A stretch of 64,000 nucleotides of DNA from assembly GCA_964270895.1 (NCBI GenBank), contig OZ185435.1; one strand, given 5' to 3'. The notes beneath the pieces are model-generated. The model saw only the letters and a program-made list of their open reading frames with translations, was not told the origin of the DNA and did not search any database. The translations under genes were made by a program, and so were the position numbers. Shown here in pieces: positions 37,129-51,047 of this stretch (positions are counted from its first letter, which is position 1; each line of letters starts with the position of its first letter). This DNA comes from Podarcis filfolensis (Eukaryota).

Positions 37129-39346
37129 TAAATTTAGCAACCTTGCACAAACACATTTACATAGCTCTATGTTACTGCAGTACACAATTACACCATTTGC
37201 TTCTTCCCCCATCTCCATTCCATGCTTTACAAGAGCTTTTGTATCCTTGTTATGTTAGAGCAAAAATTAAACAAAAAGCAGTTTGCCAGCCCTAATAAAA
37301 AATAAGTACTTTGGACATGTGCCGTTTCCCATTTTAAAGAACTCATTTAATTAGCATCATCATGACTACAGAAAGAAAATGTACTGTGCTTCAGCTGCCC
37401 TGATGATAAACTCGAGATTCAGCACCATTTTGTTGTAGACAAAGAATAATATATATTTAAAGTAAAAATAACATGAGCATCTGTAACCATGGACATGCTT
37501 GGCTGCTGCCTAACTATAAAAGGATGTTAAATAAAAGAAGGAAAGGATGCTGTGGTGGTGGCGAGTGACAGTCCCAGCATGCCCTTGTTGGCCGAGATGT
37601 TGGTCCCAGAATGATGCAGGGCCTGTCTGCTACTGCCTCCATCACCTGCTGCTCTCTGGGTGGTCATTCAGGGCTCTTGTGGTTTGGGGAGCCCTGGACA
37701 TTGCCAGTTTTGTGTATGTACCTTGCTGCTCTGTGCTAAGGTCTGTGGACTGAGACACAAATCCAACTCTGCCATTAGAAAGTACAACAGCACAAGACAT
37801 CTCTGATCCTTCCTAAAAACCACCCTTGGGGAAACATCACTATAATAAAGCAATAACTCTACCCAAATCAGGAGGGAATTATATGGGAGCAAATCCAAAT
37901 GCAGGTACAAAGACTCCCACAATGTTTACTTTCATCTTTGCATGTACTAATATTTTTATCTATTGTTTCTGTGAGAAGTAGATAAATAGTTTGGGTTGTA
38001 TCAAAGAAAGTAATCCCATTCACACAAGGATACGCACATGTACGATGGTATCTCCCATGCCTGTCATCCCTCTGAGCTCCCCAAAATCTGTTCAGAGTTT
38101 CCCCCCAAGCTTCCAGAGCATATTTAGGGGGGGCACATAGGGAGAGGAGAGGTAGGGAAAGTTTCATTGAGCAAACAGGTGTCTTTGTGCAAACAGGACA
38201 ACTTTATTTTATACAAGCCATAAGCTACGAAGTCCATTCAAAGAATGACTTGAAAGCTCTAGCTGGCAATGGAACAGAGGCAGAATTTCTAAATCTAGTG
38301 TATATTCAAAAATAGGTTACCATTCATTAAAAAATGCTGTGTGCCCTTCTTAATATGCAGTGGGAATGCAAGGCATTCAAGTCTGCAGGAGGTACTTCCT
38401 AAAGCGTCTGGGCAAAGTTGATTTTGTCTTGCTGAAATCACACATGCAGTTTGCTCAATAAAAGGGGAAGAGTTAATTCACCAGACAATTTAGTCAGATA
38501 GCAAAGTTAGCAAAATCAGCCAACAGTTATATTTGTTCTTTCTGCTAAGCTGCCAGTCATAGCGGCATCATGAATGATTAAGGGAACAATGCAGATTACG
38601 CTAACCATTTTACTACATTCACATCTTATTAATAATCTAAAAAAATGTGCTTGAGCACCCTGCGGAAATGTGTGGCTTTGAAATGCAGCGAGCAAAAGCA
38701 GAAGCTCTTAAGCAAGCCAAAATTCCTACATATTTTCATGGAGTTGATTATTATCTTGAGAATTCTGTCATCTTTAAAACATTACAAAGGCTCTGAGAAC
38801 AGCAGAATTTCCTGCAACTGAAGGGTTATTGCTGAAGACCTTATTGGAAACAAAGCAAAATTATGGAGTTTTGGCAGCCTTGGTGAGACCAGGCCTGTCG
38901 TTATCAGGGACTGTCACATCAGGATTTATTCTCATCACTAAGGCACTGTATGCAGCTGTGGGAAAAGCTTTGGTCACACTGACTTCCACCTGTTCTAGTA
39001 CGCGCTGAGTCAGTCATGCATGCCCAGTGCAGGCTGGTTTTAATTCCTGGTATACTGACAGGAACCATAATAAAAATTCAGTGGCTACAAGTGCATACCA
39101 ATGTCCCAGAATGTGCAAAAATGTCTGGGAGTCAACACAAGTTAGGCTTTCCTCCCCTGTAACTACAATACAGGCCCTTGTCTTAAACTTCTCTTAACAA
39201 CACTAAGGCTTTGATACGCAGCTTGAAATTCCATTAATTTGTATTAGATACAGGGCGCTCTAGTTCGTCTCCTCGTCAACCAGTCCCTTCCATTTGATAC
39301 TCTGGACAAAAGTAGACAAAATGTTAAATTACTTATTGGACTCAGT

Positions 39347-39460
39347 AACATACGAAGAGCCCTGCTGGATCAAAACAAGAGTCCTCGGTCCCATGTCCCA
39401 TATCCTGTTCTCACATCAGCCAACCAGATGCCTACAGGAAGCCCACAAACAAGCAGGACA
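39347..39460 (-). mobile_element. CR1-like 3' fragment
   Basis: aacatacgaagagccctgctggatca...catatcctgttctcacatcagccaaccagatgcc...gaagcccaca. Confidence 0.55.
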
Positions 39461-40405
39461 TGGAGATATTTTGATCTTTCTGGAATAAAAAAGCCCAGCC
39501 TCAAATTTCTCTTGCTGTATATTTGGGGATGGGAAATGTATCTCCTGAATTTCTAATTAACTTGCACCTGTTAAAGTCACAGGAAATGGAAGAAAGTGCT
39601 AGTTCAAAGCAAACTAAGGCACTCTGAAAACTCTTGCAAGCTGTGCAGATTTGTTTGTTTGTGGATGAAGATATTTCCTATACTGGAGCTGCTAAATAGT
39701 TCAGCTTCAAGGTCTTGTAGGAAGGTCTAGCAGGACTTTAATTTTCAAGTAGTTAACTGCTAATTACTTAATTATTCCCTTTGTTTGCCAATTAAGCCGG
39801 AGACGCATAGTTTAGAATTAAACACCGTAGTAAGTTGACATTCATTGCTCACCCTTCAAGTATCACAGTTTCTTACTATCTTGACTTTAGGGAGATGACT
39901 TGAATAAAGGCAAAGATTACAAAACCATACCCGCTAGTCTTTTCTCCAATTATCCTGGGGCAAAGGGCCACAGACATCAAGTCCTTAGGAATGAGTCAAA
40001 CTCACCCTGTTGAATTTTCAAAAGCTGATAGGCAGAAGCAGCTGATAAAGTGGCTTACTAGGTAAAACTGCTAGCAGAAATCATGTGGGAAGAGAGGAAA
40101 AGGTAAATTCCTGCCCTTGAACCTGGGACCCTTTGAAGGCAAAGTTCTAACACTCAGCTACAGCCCTTCCCCTAGAGGTGCATTGCCATTTAACTGTTTA
40201 CCCAGTACCTATACTTGGCAGGTGATGAAAATCATTGAGACAAGGGCTTCTATTGAGTTCCCTGTAAGCCTATTTGGAAAACATTTATTCTTGAAATAGA
40301 AGGCTGTATATTATGATTATGGTTATGATTATGATCACTACTACTACTACCACAATGTGTGGGATCCAACAGATGGTGAGTGCAAAGTTTAACTCTTGCA
40401 CAGTA

Positions 40406-40631
40406 CAGTGGTACCTCGGGTTACAAACACCTTGGGTTACAGACTCCGCTATCCCAGAAGTAGTACCTCTGGTTCAGAACTTTACCTCAGAATGAGAACA
40501 GAAATCATGCAGCGGCGGTGTGGCGGCAGCAGGAGGTCCCATTAGCTAAAATGGTACCTCAGGTTAAGAACGGTTTCAGGTTAAGAACGGACCTCCAGAA
40601 CGAATTCAGTTCGTAACCAGAGGTACCAGTG
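40406..40631 (-). mobile_element. TcMar-Tigger-like MITE copy 2 (opposite orientation to copies 1, 3, 4)
   Basis: CAGTGGTACCTCGGGTTAC...GTAACCAGAGGTACCAGTG with TA flanks; internal sequence is the reverse complement of the other copies. Confidence 0.85.
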
Positions 40632-41956
40632 TATAAAATTAAAAGTTGTGCTAGAGCCTTACCATTAGGCACCAGAGGAGGTGGGGAGTCCCACTGTCAG
40701 TCATATGCAAGTGCAGAGTTGAAGAGTGGAGTTACCCCTGCTGATGTCAGCAGCCTGCACTCAAATCTGAGGAATTATCCATTCAGAAATTGCACCATCT
40801 GGCCCTAATATTAGACAGAGTAAATACCTGTCCCTCGTGAAATGGCAACATGTGGTTAGCTATTTCATTTTTTTTATTGTATTTCTGCAGTCAGAAAGGG
40901 ACAGATGCTTGTAGAATATTCAGTCTCACATGTCAAAATATCTTAATAATGGATATTATGTAACCCAGCTTGCCAGGGCATTTTCAGTTCCCTCAGGCAA
41001 CTAAATGTCTAGGGCCCAGACCAATCCCTACCTCCAGTTCCTGGTGCCAAAAGGTGAAAGTGGAAATTCCCTTTCTCCCTCTACTGCTTTGCAACCACCA
41101 GCAATAGTATTCCCCCCCCCAACAAACGACCTCACTGGCTGCCACTGTTGACAGGTATGTCTACCTGCAGGAGGCAAGTACTGTTATTCTTGGATTTTTC
41201 TAAAACCACAATTCTCAACTTTTTGAGCTTCAAGGAGGGTTTCGTGCTGACACAGGATTCTTGGAAGAGTTCAAGGGTGACACTCAGTTCATACAGAATA
41301 CTGAGCCTGTTGTACATCACTGTCCCTGCAGGTGAACTGATAAGGCAAGGAAGTTGTTTTTCTTGTTGAGGGACCCTAGAAAGTACTCCAGGATTCTGCA
41401 GCCACCACTATGAAAACTAATGTAAGAAATGAAAGCTATTGTGTAGACTGGCAGTAAGAGTGCACATGATGGGCCTCTGTTGGCCACCAAGCTGAATCTA
41501 ACATCTTTCCTAGAAAGGATCCAATAAGCCTTTTCCTTACGTACAGGTAAAATTGTATACATGATCAGATAAAACAGGAAACATGGTTGTATAGATTGGC
41601 AAATTCATAGGCCCAGAAGAAAGAAATTTAGCCATTTGGCCTAATGTCTGTCTTAAGAAGGTTCATAAGATGGTACGTACGGCAAGGGATTCTTTTATTT
41701 TAATAAGTAAAATTCTGGAATTAAAAAGGGGTCGAAATGCAAATTTTATTTGTTGGGCTGCCACTTGCTTAGGGCTGCAAACACGCTGACCTGTGAGTAA
41801 ATGCCAATGAAAGCTAACAGCTCAACCCTAACCCTTACCACAGACGCAACCCAATAGAAGGGGCTGTGACAACCATCATATCCAGAGCCCAGCCAAGCAT
41901 GCAGACTGGAGGTGGAGCTGGGGAAACAGGTAGTTGTGCCAGTTTACAGCTGCCGC

Positions 41957-42209
41957 CAGAGGCGGAGCAACCTGCTCTGGTACCCGGATCGGCGCTCGCC
42001 CCAAGGGGCATGGCACGCCACCCGTGGGAGGCATGGTGCATGTCCCAGGGGTGTGGTGAGCTGCCCAGGGGGCGTGGTGCACGCCTGGGGAGTGTGCGGT
42101 GAGCGGCGCATGCCCTGGGAGGTGCCACCAATCAGAGGTCAGCATTTTGTCTCCCCCCCCCTTTGGAATGACACCCGGGGCGTGCTGCCCCCGCCTCAGA
42201 ACGCCCCTG
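41957..42209 (+). mobile_element. hAT-like MITE, GC-rich
   Basis: Ends CAGAGGCGG...ACGCCCCTG; 8-bp flanks GCTGCCGC / GCTGCTAC; related to 50389-50726 in opposite orientation; strand is arbitrary reference orientation. Confidence 0.6.
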
Positions 42210-42383
42210 GCTGCTACAGCAATCACAACCAATGCCACCACATGACAGAACCTGGATCCAAGGCCAAGCCTGTCTTCCCCCACTTCTGTAGATCGTGGCT
42301 GACACACAGTGTGGGCAGGGAGTAGTATTCTGCTAGCTTTTACTCTGAGTAGACCCACTGACATTAATAAACATGTCTAAGTT

Positions 42384-42459
42384 CGGTCCATGACTGTGGT
42401 CTTTTGCCCAACGCGACCTTGAGACTAAGAGTGTCGTGCTTAACCAGCTGAGCTATCCA
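42384..42459 (-). mobile_element. internally deleted tRNA-headed SINE fragment
   Basis: Minus: ggatagctcagctggttaagcacgacactcttagtctcaaggtc-gcgttgggcaaaag; same head as 21617-21758; not a complete cloverleaf. Confidence 0.5.
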
Positions 42460-43974
42460 TCTTAACCTTAACAAATACTTGACCGAAGTGACTGTCGATG
42501 AACAAAGAAAGCTCAAAAAAATAGTGAAGTAATTGAAAGGAGCTGCTTGCCAGAAGACATTAACATTACAGTCACCCAGAGATTTATAAAAGGAGTGAGA
42601 GTGCCAATATAAGAAGTTAGTAGCTTGCTTCCCAGTCAGCCCATTTAGCCAGTCTTTCAGCTTTCTACCAGTCAAGGGGGCGATTCCCACATCCTGTTAA
42701 GTACAATTAAATGGAAAGGGAGAGACCAGCGCAACAGAACACACATTGTTCTACTTTTTGGAACATACTGTCTACCCATGTGACTCTCCTTTTGATGATA
42801 CCGTGAATAAACATGTCTTTCAATATTATAAGCACCGGGAGGGTGATAAAAGGACTGATGGGGCTAATGTAAGTTAGCTACTTGCTCCCCTTACAGCCCA
42901 CTATCCCATTCCTCAGCTTTCTACCCATCGAGGGGCCCAGTTGTCACTTTCAGTAAAATACAATTAGCTGGAAGGGAAGAGTTCATTTCAGCGTTTAATG
43001 CATGCTGTTCTAATTTTGGGAACGTACTGCCTCTATATATTTGACTCTTCTTTTGATGGTATATTGAATAAACATGCCCTTTAAAGCCACTCAGATTTGA
43101 TTACAATTCTAAGCACGTTTACATGGAAGGTAGCCCCACTGTAATCTGTTAATCTTACTTGGTAAACAGAGTTTAGGACCGGACTTTTAGGTGCTCTTGG
43201 GCGCAAGGTAAGAGAGAGGGAAAATGCAGCTAGCTTAGTTCTGCAGGAGTTTGCATCTATCTCCCTATGTGGTCCTGTCCTTCCTCTGCTCCCCACCCAC
43301 ACGGTACAGCCTAGAGCTACGACCTCAGATAACATAGCACTTAAAATCCTTTAAATGGTGCCATTCAGGCATACTTAGCAAAGGTTTGGCAGTGGATCTT
43401 GCTTGGATCATTTAAAAAAAAAAGGCTGTGTAACTGTCAAATAATTTAGCTTCAGGAGAAAGGCTGCTCATACATGTGTGTGGAGCAGAAAGCATGAACA
43501 ACATGGCTAACATTCATACCACCCTTAAAAAAATCATGTTAATATACTTTTCTGATCAAATATGACTACAGCCTGAAATGTTTATCTACTTAGTAAGGGT
43601 AGAATAGGCAACTGCAGGAAAAACTTCCTTCCCTCCCCAGCAATCATCCAGTGACATGCCTCACCACTAAGTAGGTGAATACACCCACCATAGGTCTGCT
43701 CAGTGCCAATAACTTTTGACTGCTTGGGCACTTTTCTTCCAGACATCAAAGTGTTTCCCCACGTGCAACAGTGGCCACGGTGGCAATGTATTCTCTAAGC
43801 AATGTGCTGAAGAACAGAAACAGCCTTCAATGCTTCAGATTTTACAGATATTTCTGTACGAATAATTATAATATATCCCCAGCCCTAAAATAGTTATTTG
43901 CTGGAGATGAAATAAGGATAATGCTTCTTTATGTCTTTACAGTGTTCTATAATTACTAACTTCTGGGAGAAAGT

Positions 43975-44478
43975 GCTGGACTATATAAATACGATTGTAC
44001 GGAAAAAGTTTGAAAAATTTAGAGAATATTCTTATGAATTATATTCCTATTGCATGGAAGCAGAGAATGGGACAACAAAAATGGATTACATGTGCCCTAA
44101 TGCTGGCTAAGAGACTGATAGTGATGAACTGGAAAAATAAAGATATGATCCCTTTTAATCAATGGATTGACAACCTGACAACACTCACAACTTATGAACG
44201 GATTGCTTATAGACACAGACTTTGTCTGGATGAACATATTGACATTTGTTATGAGTTTATACAGAATGCAGTAGGCTATTAATAATCACATATGTATTAA
44301 GACAATAATATTGTTTATATCTATATACCAATATGTGGAAATGTAATCGATTTTACTAATTGTATTACACTGTACTTTCTGCAGTTTTATTTTCCAAACC
44401 CTTCTTTTCTTTTTCTCTTATCACTTTATTTCTTTATAAATGAAATTATTTAAAAAAAATATTAATAAAAATAATAAG
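43975..44478 (+). mobile_element. L1-clade LINE 3' fragment (ORF2 C-terminus plus tail)
   Basis: ORF 43995-44282 WITCALMLAKRLIVMNWKNKDMIPFNQWIDNLTTLTTYERIAYRHR resembles the AK..I..NWK...W...L...E...Y C-terminus of non-mammalian L1 ORF2; then U-rich UTR and A-rich tail. Confidence 0.6.
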
Positions 44479-45204
44479 ACTATACCGTATTCCCAGCCCT
44501 GTTAAGTGAAATACATGAAAAATAAATGTCTATGTGGAGTAAGATATAAAGCATGCTCTGGTCAGATATGTATGGCCCAAGACATTTTGCTGCCCGGGAA
44601 GCAACTGGGCCTGCCCTCCAAGTACCCCAGACCTGTGAAGTTATTTAGTTACCTAAGGCAGGAAAAAAAAACTCTCACAGGCGCTTCACCTCCAGTCTGG
44701 CAATACAAACACAATAATAATAAATTAGATCATTAGCAATATGCTGCCCTTCCACGATGCTCAGAATTGGCTGCCTCACTCTGCCTAGTGATAGGGCAGG
44801 TCTGGATCCAATCAAAGCTAATCATATTAAGCTTAACTGACTTTAATTAAAACCAGGCAAATTAGTTCAGAGCGCATGTCCATTGACGGAAAATCTTTAA
44901 TTGAAAAGCTCGGCAAATGGCATGGAAATCAAAAGTATTTCTGTGCTTCTCCTCTCCTTCCACACAAAAGACAGACTTTTAAAGCTCCAGGGAAATAAAA
45001 ATAAATTCTGAAGGTATATGGAGTAGGAAAGAAAAAAACTGAAGAATGTTTTTATCAAGAATGAAGCACTAAAATAAACTACAATGCAAACTGAACAGTG
45101 CAAAGAATGAAGAACTCAGTAGAAGCACTGCTGTTTGTTATTTTGCACTGATAAGTATAAAACAAGCTAAATTTACAGCTGCAAATCTAGTTTTAGTTTC
45201 TTCA

Positions 45205-45546
<342 letters not shown>

Positions 45547-46229
45547 TTAAAGATGTTGTTCTGCAGTTTGGACACATATGAAAACATCAGGCAGGGAGTG
45601 ATGGGAAGAGGAAAACAACAACAAAGTAGAACAATTAGTCTGGCTATTAAAACCATGAGGTCAGCTTGCACACAGTTCTAAGATGGAGATCACAGGGTGA
45701 GTAAGTCCCACACAGGTACTACATTCCATAAGGTTACACACTGAGGATTCTGGGATAAAGAATCAATGGCTGCTTTCACTCTTCTTGAGAAAATAAATCC
45801 CGACTTATAACCCTGATGTCTAGATGTAACATATTTGTGTAACATCTTGCCTGATGAAGTGTTCTGGCAAACTCAAAATCTTGCCAAAATTTGCAATCCT
45901 TTCAATTGATCTTAATAAAGGTAGTACACAATTGTGGACTTTGGAGTTTTTTCCAACTCTGGAGAGTTGGGAGGAACTTCAGAACAGATTTAGCGAGTGC
46001 ACAGAGTGAGGAGAAGGAGAAAGTCCTGCTGCACAAGCAGAAGTTGTTCCACTTGCACAAGGAGTTACTTAGCGGTGTTTTGGAGACAATTTTCAAGGCT
46101 AATGCTGGTACATTAATATGAAGAACACACACACACTGTTATTAGAGTGTATAAAGCTGTGAACATGACTCTATAGGTCTTAATCTCTCACAAAAGATTA
46201 ACCTTCTAATTGTTTAGAACAGATCTCAC

Positions 46230-46382
46230 CTGTGATTAAGCTTGAGATGATTAAAGGAAGAATCAACATTTTTAGCATCCGCATCAGTATATCTCCTGGG
46301 AAGGCTATCAACATGATGACATCAGGATTAATAGGTGCTGCCATGCGAAGAAGTGCCCCACACAATGCGCCCATGATGACAC
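46230..46382 (-). CDS. SLC1A2: SLC1A2 exon 3 (153 nt)
   Basis: atccAG|GTGTC...ACAG|GTgag; [51 protein letters not shown]. Confidence 0.98.
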
Positions 46383-46739
46383 CTGGATAAGAAAGGGAGG
46401 GCACAGAAGAAAGGATTTGAGTAATTGAGTTTCAATTCACCACATAATAGAATAATCCTGTCAAAACACAGTTTTGAACCAGAGCTAGCTGTGCCAATAA
46501 TGGCCGCTTACCGATCCTCCTCAGTGAGCGGCGGTTGCAGCCTTCCCTCCCTTGCTGCCTGGACATAACGCTCCATTTTGTGTGCAGCACGTCCCCCTTG
46601 GCTGCTGCAAAGGCTCATGGGTCCCCATCAAACCCAGTGATTCAAATGCGCTAATCCGCAGTGGCCTCAAGAGAGCATGGCTTGGCGAGTGGACCTGAGG
46701 GAGGCAGGCTTCACTCAGGTCCGCTCACCAACAATATAT

Positions 46740-46860
46740 CCCAGCTGACCCTGAATGTTGTGGACTCTCACTATCCCTATCCAATGGCCACTTTGGCTGA
46801 GGCTGATGTTGTGTAGTCCAAAACATCTAGAGGGCACACAACTTTGGCTAACCCTGCTTC
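46740..46860. mobile_element. short squamate hairpin-type non-autonomous element
   Basis: ggctgatgttgtgtagtccaaaacatctagagggcac; similar to 57566-57676. Confidence 0.45.
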
Positions 46861-47583
46861 CTCCTCCAGAAATCAGCAGTGAGGAGGATGGGGATAAAAT
46901 TACAATCAGTTGACTGCCTTTTGTTGGCTCTGGCTCCACTTACTATTGGTCTCCCTGCCTTCCATCCTAACAGTCCCAAGGAGTGAAACTAGTCACTTCT
47001 GACCACCTCAGAGAAATCACCTCCAGGTACTTGAGGATAAAGCAATCCTATACACAGCTGGAAAACTGAACACAGTGGAGCTTATTTCTGGGTGTACATA
47101 TAGGATTGCACTGCATGACTGGGTAGGTGTTCAGCCTTCAGTGTCCTCCTAAAATTACCAATTCCATCTTCCTCCTAATAGCTATTTATATTATTCTGTC
47201 CAACCATAATGGCAAGCATTCCAATGTGGCTAAACCAGAAGGTTGTACAGCAACCAGCAGAGCCTATTTATATGAGCTGAGGAAAAAGGGAGCTATCTGA
47301 GATGAAAGGTCACATGAACAGCTTTTTCTTTTCCAGCCAGGGAGACCCACTTACTCCTCAGTGGCCAGGACATAAGTGGGCTTCCTGCTTTCACTTACCT
47401 CTACAGGAAGCTCCCTCTTCAATTACTTCCCCTTGACCCAGGAACTATATACACGGAGGACTTACAGAAAATGTACATTTTCTAGGGATTTTACACAGCA
47501 GTAGGGAAATGACGGTCATAAATAAAGGCAATACCCATTCCTAGGCCATGGTTCCAATGGGAGAGAATGAGAAAATACCAGAT

Positions 47584-47757
47584 GGGAAGAGCCTTAGCTC
47601 AGTGGCAGGGTATCTTTGCATTCAAAAAGTCCCTGCTGTCTCCAGACAGGAACTGGGAGAGACTCCACCTGACATCTTGAAGAGCTGTTGCCTGTCAGTG
47701 TAAACAATATTGTGCTAGATGGGCCAATGGCCTGGCTCATTCACAGCCTCCTGTGTT
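47584..47757 (+). mobile_element. Squam3-like tRNA-derived SINE
   Basis: gggaagagccttagctcagtggcag...ctccagacaggaactgggagagactcc...gtcagtgtaaacaatattgtgctagatgggccaatgg. Confidence 0.6.
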
Positions 47758-47844
47758 GTTGCTTACAGGACACTGAAATGAAGAGGAGATGAGTGGGGGT
47801 GCCATGGCCCCAGAGTCTAGCAGTGACCAGAACATTGAGTTGGA

Positions 47845-47947
47845 GAAAGAATTGTAGCTCAATGGAAGATCATTGTCCCAAGTTCAATCCCTACCATTTC
47901 CAGGTAGGGCTGGGAATGGTGGAGAGCCACTGTCAGCCAGAGTAGAT
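47845..47947 (+). mobile_element. degraded Squam3-like SINE, cut by the Sauria fragment
   Basis: gtagctcaatgg...gttcaatccctaccatttccaggtagggctgggaa...ggagagccactgtcagccagagtaga. Confidence 0.5.
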
Positions 47948-48099
47948 GGTAAAGGGACCCCTGACCATTAGGTCCAGTCATGGCCAACTCTGGGGTTGTG
48001 GCACTCATCTCGCTTTATTGGCTGAGGGAGCCAGTGTACAGCTTCCGGGTCATGTGGCCAGCATGACTAAGACGTTTCTGGCGAATCAGAGCAGCGCAC
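47948..48099 (-). mobile_element. 5'-truncated Sauria SINE
   Basis: Reverse complement of the 3' half of 2252-2608, including the (ACCTTT) tail. Confidence 0.85.
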
Positions 48100-50388
48100 C
48101 CTCAGACAATTTCTGAAAAACTGAATTTTGTGCCTGTGATTTCTATACCCCTCCTTCACAGGCTCAGAATGCAGCAGCCTCTGCAACAGGGCTATCGACC
48201 ATTAGAGTGGTGTGTAGATTTCCCAGGGTGCAGCTTTAGTCTAACCAAAAATAATTGTTGTGGGATCCTGCTGGGAAAGGCTCACAGATATCTCACAACT
48301 ATCAATCTGAGCCAAGAGCTGATGTCAAAATAAATACACCATTTCAAAATCTTTCAGGACAGGAATATATTTAGTTCAGGCTATCTACACAGCCTTCTCT
48401 TCTAACAGCACAGCTGTCCATTCAAGCTGAAGTGAATAAAGGCAGGCTCTGTGAAGGCTATGCATTTGGCTGTTAGGCTCACTGTACTGTAACATTAAAA
48501 GAAAAAAGAAAAAACAATCTAGTAAGCCTGGGCATGAAGCCAGTGAACCACACTAAAATGTCAAACTGCTCCATATTTGGAAGCTGCGATACCCAGAAGG
48601 CAATTGAGAAAACTAGATCACTGTATCACTGGCCTAGTCCCTAGTGCACAGCAAAAGAGCGAGCTAAAAAGTATCAGCAGCTTGTAAGGGGAGGAAAGAC
48701 CAGGGATAAATTTCTTTTCTTCCTCCTTTCTCCTGGCAGGAGAGAGATCTCTCCCTCGCCTCCATCTTCAGCCCTGGTGAAATGAACTAAATTGAATTTC
48801 CTAGAGAACAGAAAAAAATATTTGAATTTTGATGCCCAGCATGGCCTGTTCCACTATAGGATTTCTCTGAAACAAGGACAGGGATTTACATTTCTAATCA
48901 ATGGGCCAAATTCAACTAAGTTGTTGGGCTAGCAAAAGCCAGCACCACGAGTCCCCCTGTGCCCACCCCAAATCTCCTCAGGAGGGTTAGGAGAATGCTG
49001 TGATCAACAAGCAGAGGGAGGAGAGGGCAGATCACTCCACTGGGCAAGTAAACATGCTTGGGCTGATGCTGAATTCCACCTCAGTATTTCCCACAAAATT
49101 GTTCCCAATGAGGCTCACAAGATATCAGATGAACAAATATAACAATTTTTTAAACAGAAATAATTAGAAAACAATGATTCAGGAACTAATAATAAGTAAT
49201 TGTAATAAATAAATAAATCAGTCTTTGCATAAATAATACAAATAAACTACCCTAATTTAACAGCTTAAAACTGAACAGCAGAGAGAATAATACCTAACAC
49301 AGTGATAAAATGGGGTGTAGGGGAGATTGCCATTCAAAAAAAAAAAAGCATCCCACAGAGGTCCATCATAATTGACTTGAATGCAATAGATGGTAACCAA
49401 ACCTCTTGCTTGTGGCAGGCTACCCTCCCAGCAATAATCTGAATCTCCTCTCCATCTCTTACTAACGGAGGTAAAGATTGACATCCTTCTTTCATACCCC
49501 ATATACACTCAGTTTCGATAGTGTTCGTTCTCTCTCCACCAAACATCCCTTCCAGCCATGTCCATGAGGCACTTAGAAACCATGGTCTGGATTCGACTAA
49601 GTTGTTGAGCTAGCAACTCAACAGGTCCTGCTACCACAACAGCACTTTCAGTGGGGATCCTTCTTCAGAGTCTGGCCTTCTGGGCAAAAGCCTGCTAATG
49701 TCACCCTAGTTTTCTGCAGCAGGTAGCTTTGTAACCTCTGAATTTGTGTTTTTTTAATATATTTTTAAGAAAATCTACCAAACTGTGGCAGCAGTGCAAA
49801 ATCTCACCCAGAATGCCTCAGTTCTGAAGAAGGACCTATTCTGTGTCCTTTCGCAAAGTGATGTGAGGCAGGAAGGAGAATATGGAATTGACAGTGGTGA
49901 AGGAGAGCCTTGTCTTGTGTTGCGGGTAATAATGTGGGAAGTAAGCATCCCAGGGAAACCCACCACTGGAGAAAATTGTCTTATTCTGCCTTATGACTGG
50001 AATAGTCCTGATTTTCTACCACAAAATGATGTTTATTCCCAAATAAATGCATCAGAAGTACAGTATACCTCATTTTATTTCATTAGTCGCAATGGTGCTA
50101 AGATTTATGTGAATTAAAAAACTGAAACTGCACACACTCAGAGTATTTCTTTCTTTCTTTTTTACCAGGCTTGCCAACTTTTTTTTTTTGCTCCCTCCCC
50201 CCAATTATTTTTGGCTCTAACGTAACTGCTTCTACGTCTGCTACAAGCATGGACCAGAGGTGTGGGAGCAAAGAGGAAAAGAAAAATGCTAATGGTGTGC
50301 TTCACAACTGAAGTTATACACATAGCCATCTAAAGCTCCCACCCTGAAAGACCATAACATCCAGGGTCCAAAATTAACTAGCTGCCCC

Positions 50389-50726
50389 CAGGGGCAGAGG
50401 AAGGGGGTGCGGTGGAGGCGGTGTGCCCTGGGTGTCACCACTGAGGGGGTGACAAAATGCCAGGTGGCACTCACCGTGGGGCCTGCAGTGTGCCCAAGCC
50501 ATGCATCTCCCCCGGGAGAGACACGGTGGCTTGGGCATGCGCAGGCTCCAACGCTGCTCAAACGGTCCACCCACTGCCTCCCCCTCAGCTGTAGGGCGGC
50601 TGAGTGGGAGGAGGCAGGCAGACTCCAGAGGCCCCGGCTCACCCCACCCCACAGGTAGCTGGCCATGCCCCTGGGAGCAGGATACACGTGCGGCCCCAGA
50701 CGCTCGATTGCCTTGCTCTGCCGCTG
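50389..50726 (-). mobile_element. hAT-like MITE, same family as 41957-42209, opposite orientation
   Basis: Ends CAGGGGCAG...CTGCCGCTG; flanks GCTGCCCC / GCTGCACC (7/8); shared gggtgtca...ggggg.gacaaaatgc subterminal motif. Confidence 0.6.
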
Positions 50727-50761
50727 GCTGCACCACTGTAATGATAACAGAAAGGGAGGTA

Positions 50762-50975
50762 GAGTGGTACCTCTGGTTACGAACTTAATTCATTCCACAG
50801 GTCCGTTCTTAACCTGAGGTACCACTTTAGCTAATGGGGCCTCCCGCTGCTGCCACACGATTTCTGTTCTCATCCTGGGGCAAAGTTCTTAATCTGAGAT
50901 ACTACTTCCGGGTTAGCGGAGTCTGTAACCTGAAGTGTTTGTAACCTGAAGCGTCTGTAACCCGAGGTACCACTG
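50762..50975 (+). mobile_element. TcMar-Tigger-like MITE copy 3
   Basis: (G)AGTGGTACCTCTGGTTAC...GTAACCCGAGGTACCACTG, TA flanks; ~70 nt from the SLC1A2 exon 2 donor. Confidence 0.85.
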
Positions 50976-51047
50976 TATAGGATTATAAGAGGAAACAATC
51001 CAGCTGCAAAAAAGAATTACCTTCATGAACCAGAGAATTCTACTTAC

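Noticed and set aside
36542-37295. Long overlapping ORFs (229, 137, 132, 124 aa)
   Set aside because: They lie in the GC-rich Tc2 MITE, where stops are rare; low-complexity R/A/P/G translation and no domain
41835-42364. Cluster of 78-162 aa ORFs (also 50289-50788)
   Set aside because: By-products of the GC-rich hAT-like MITEs
42384-42459. tRNA gene
   Set aside because: A-box present but the T-arm/B-box is deleted and it runs into SINE body sequence
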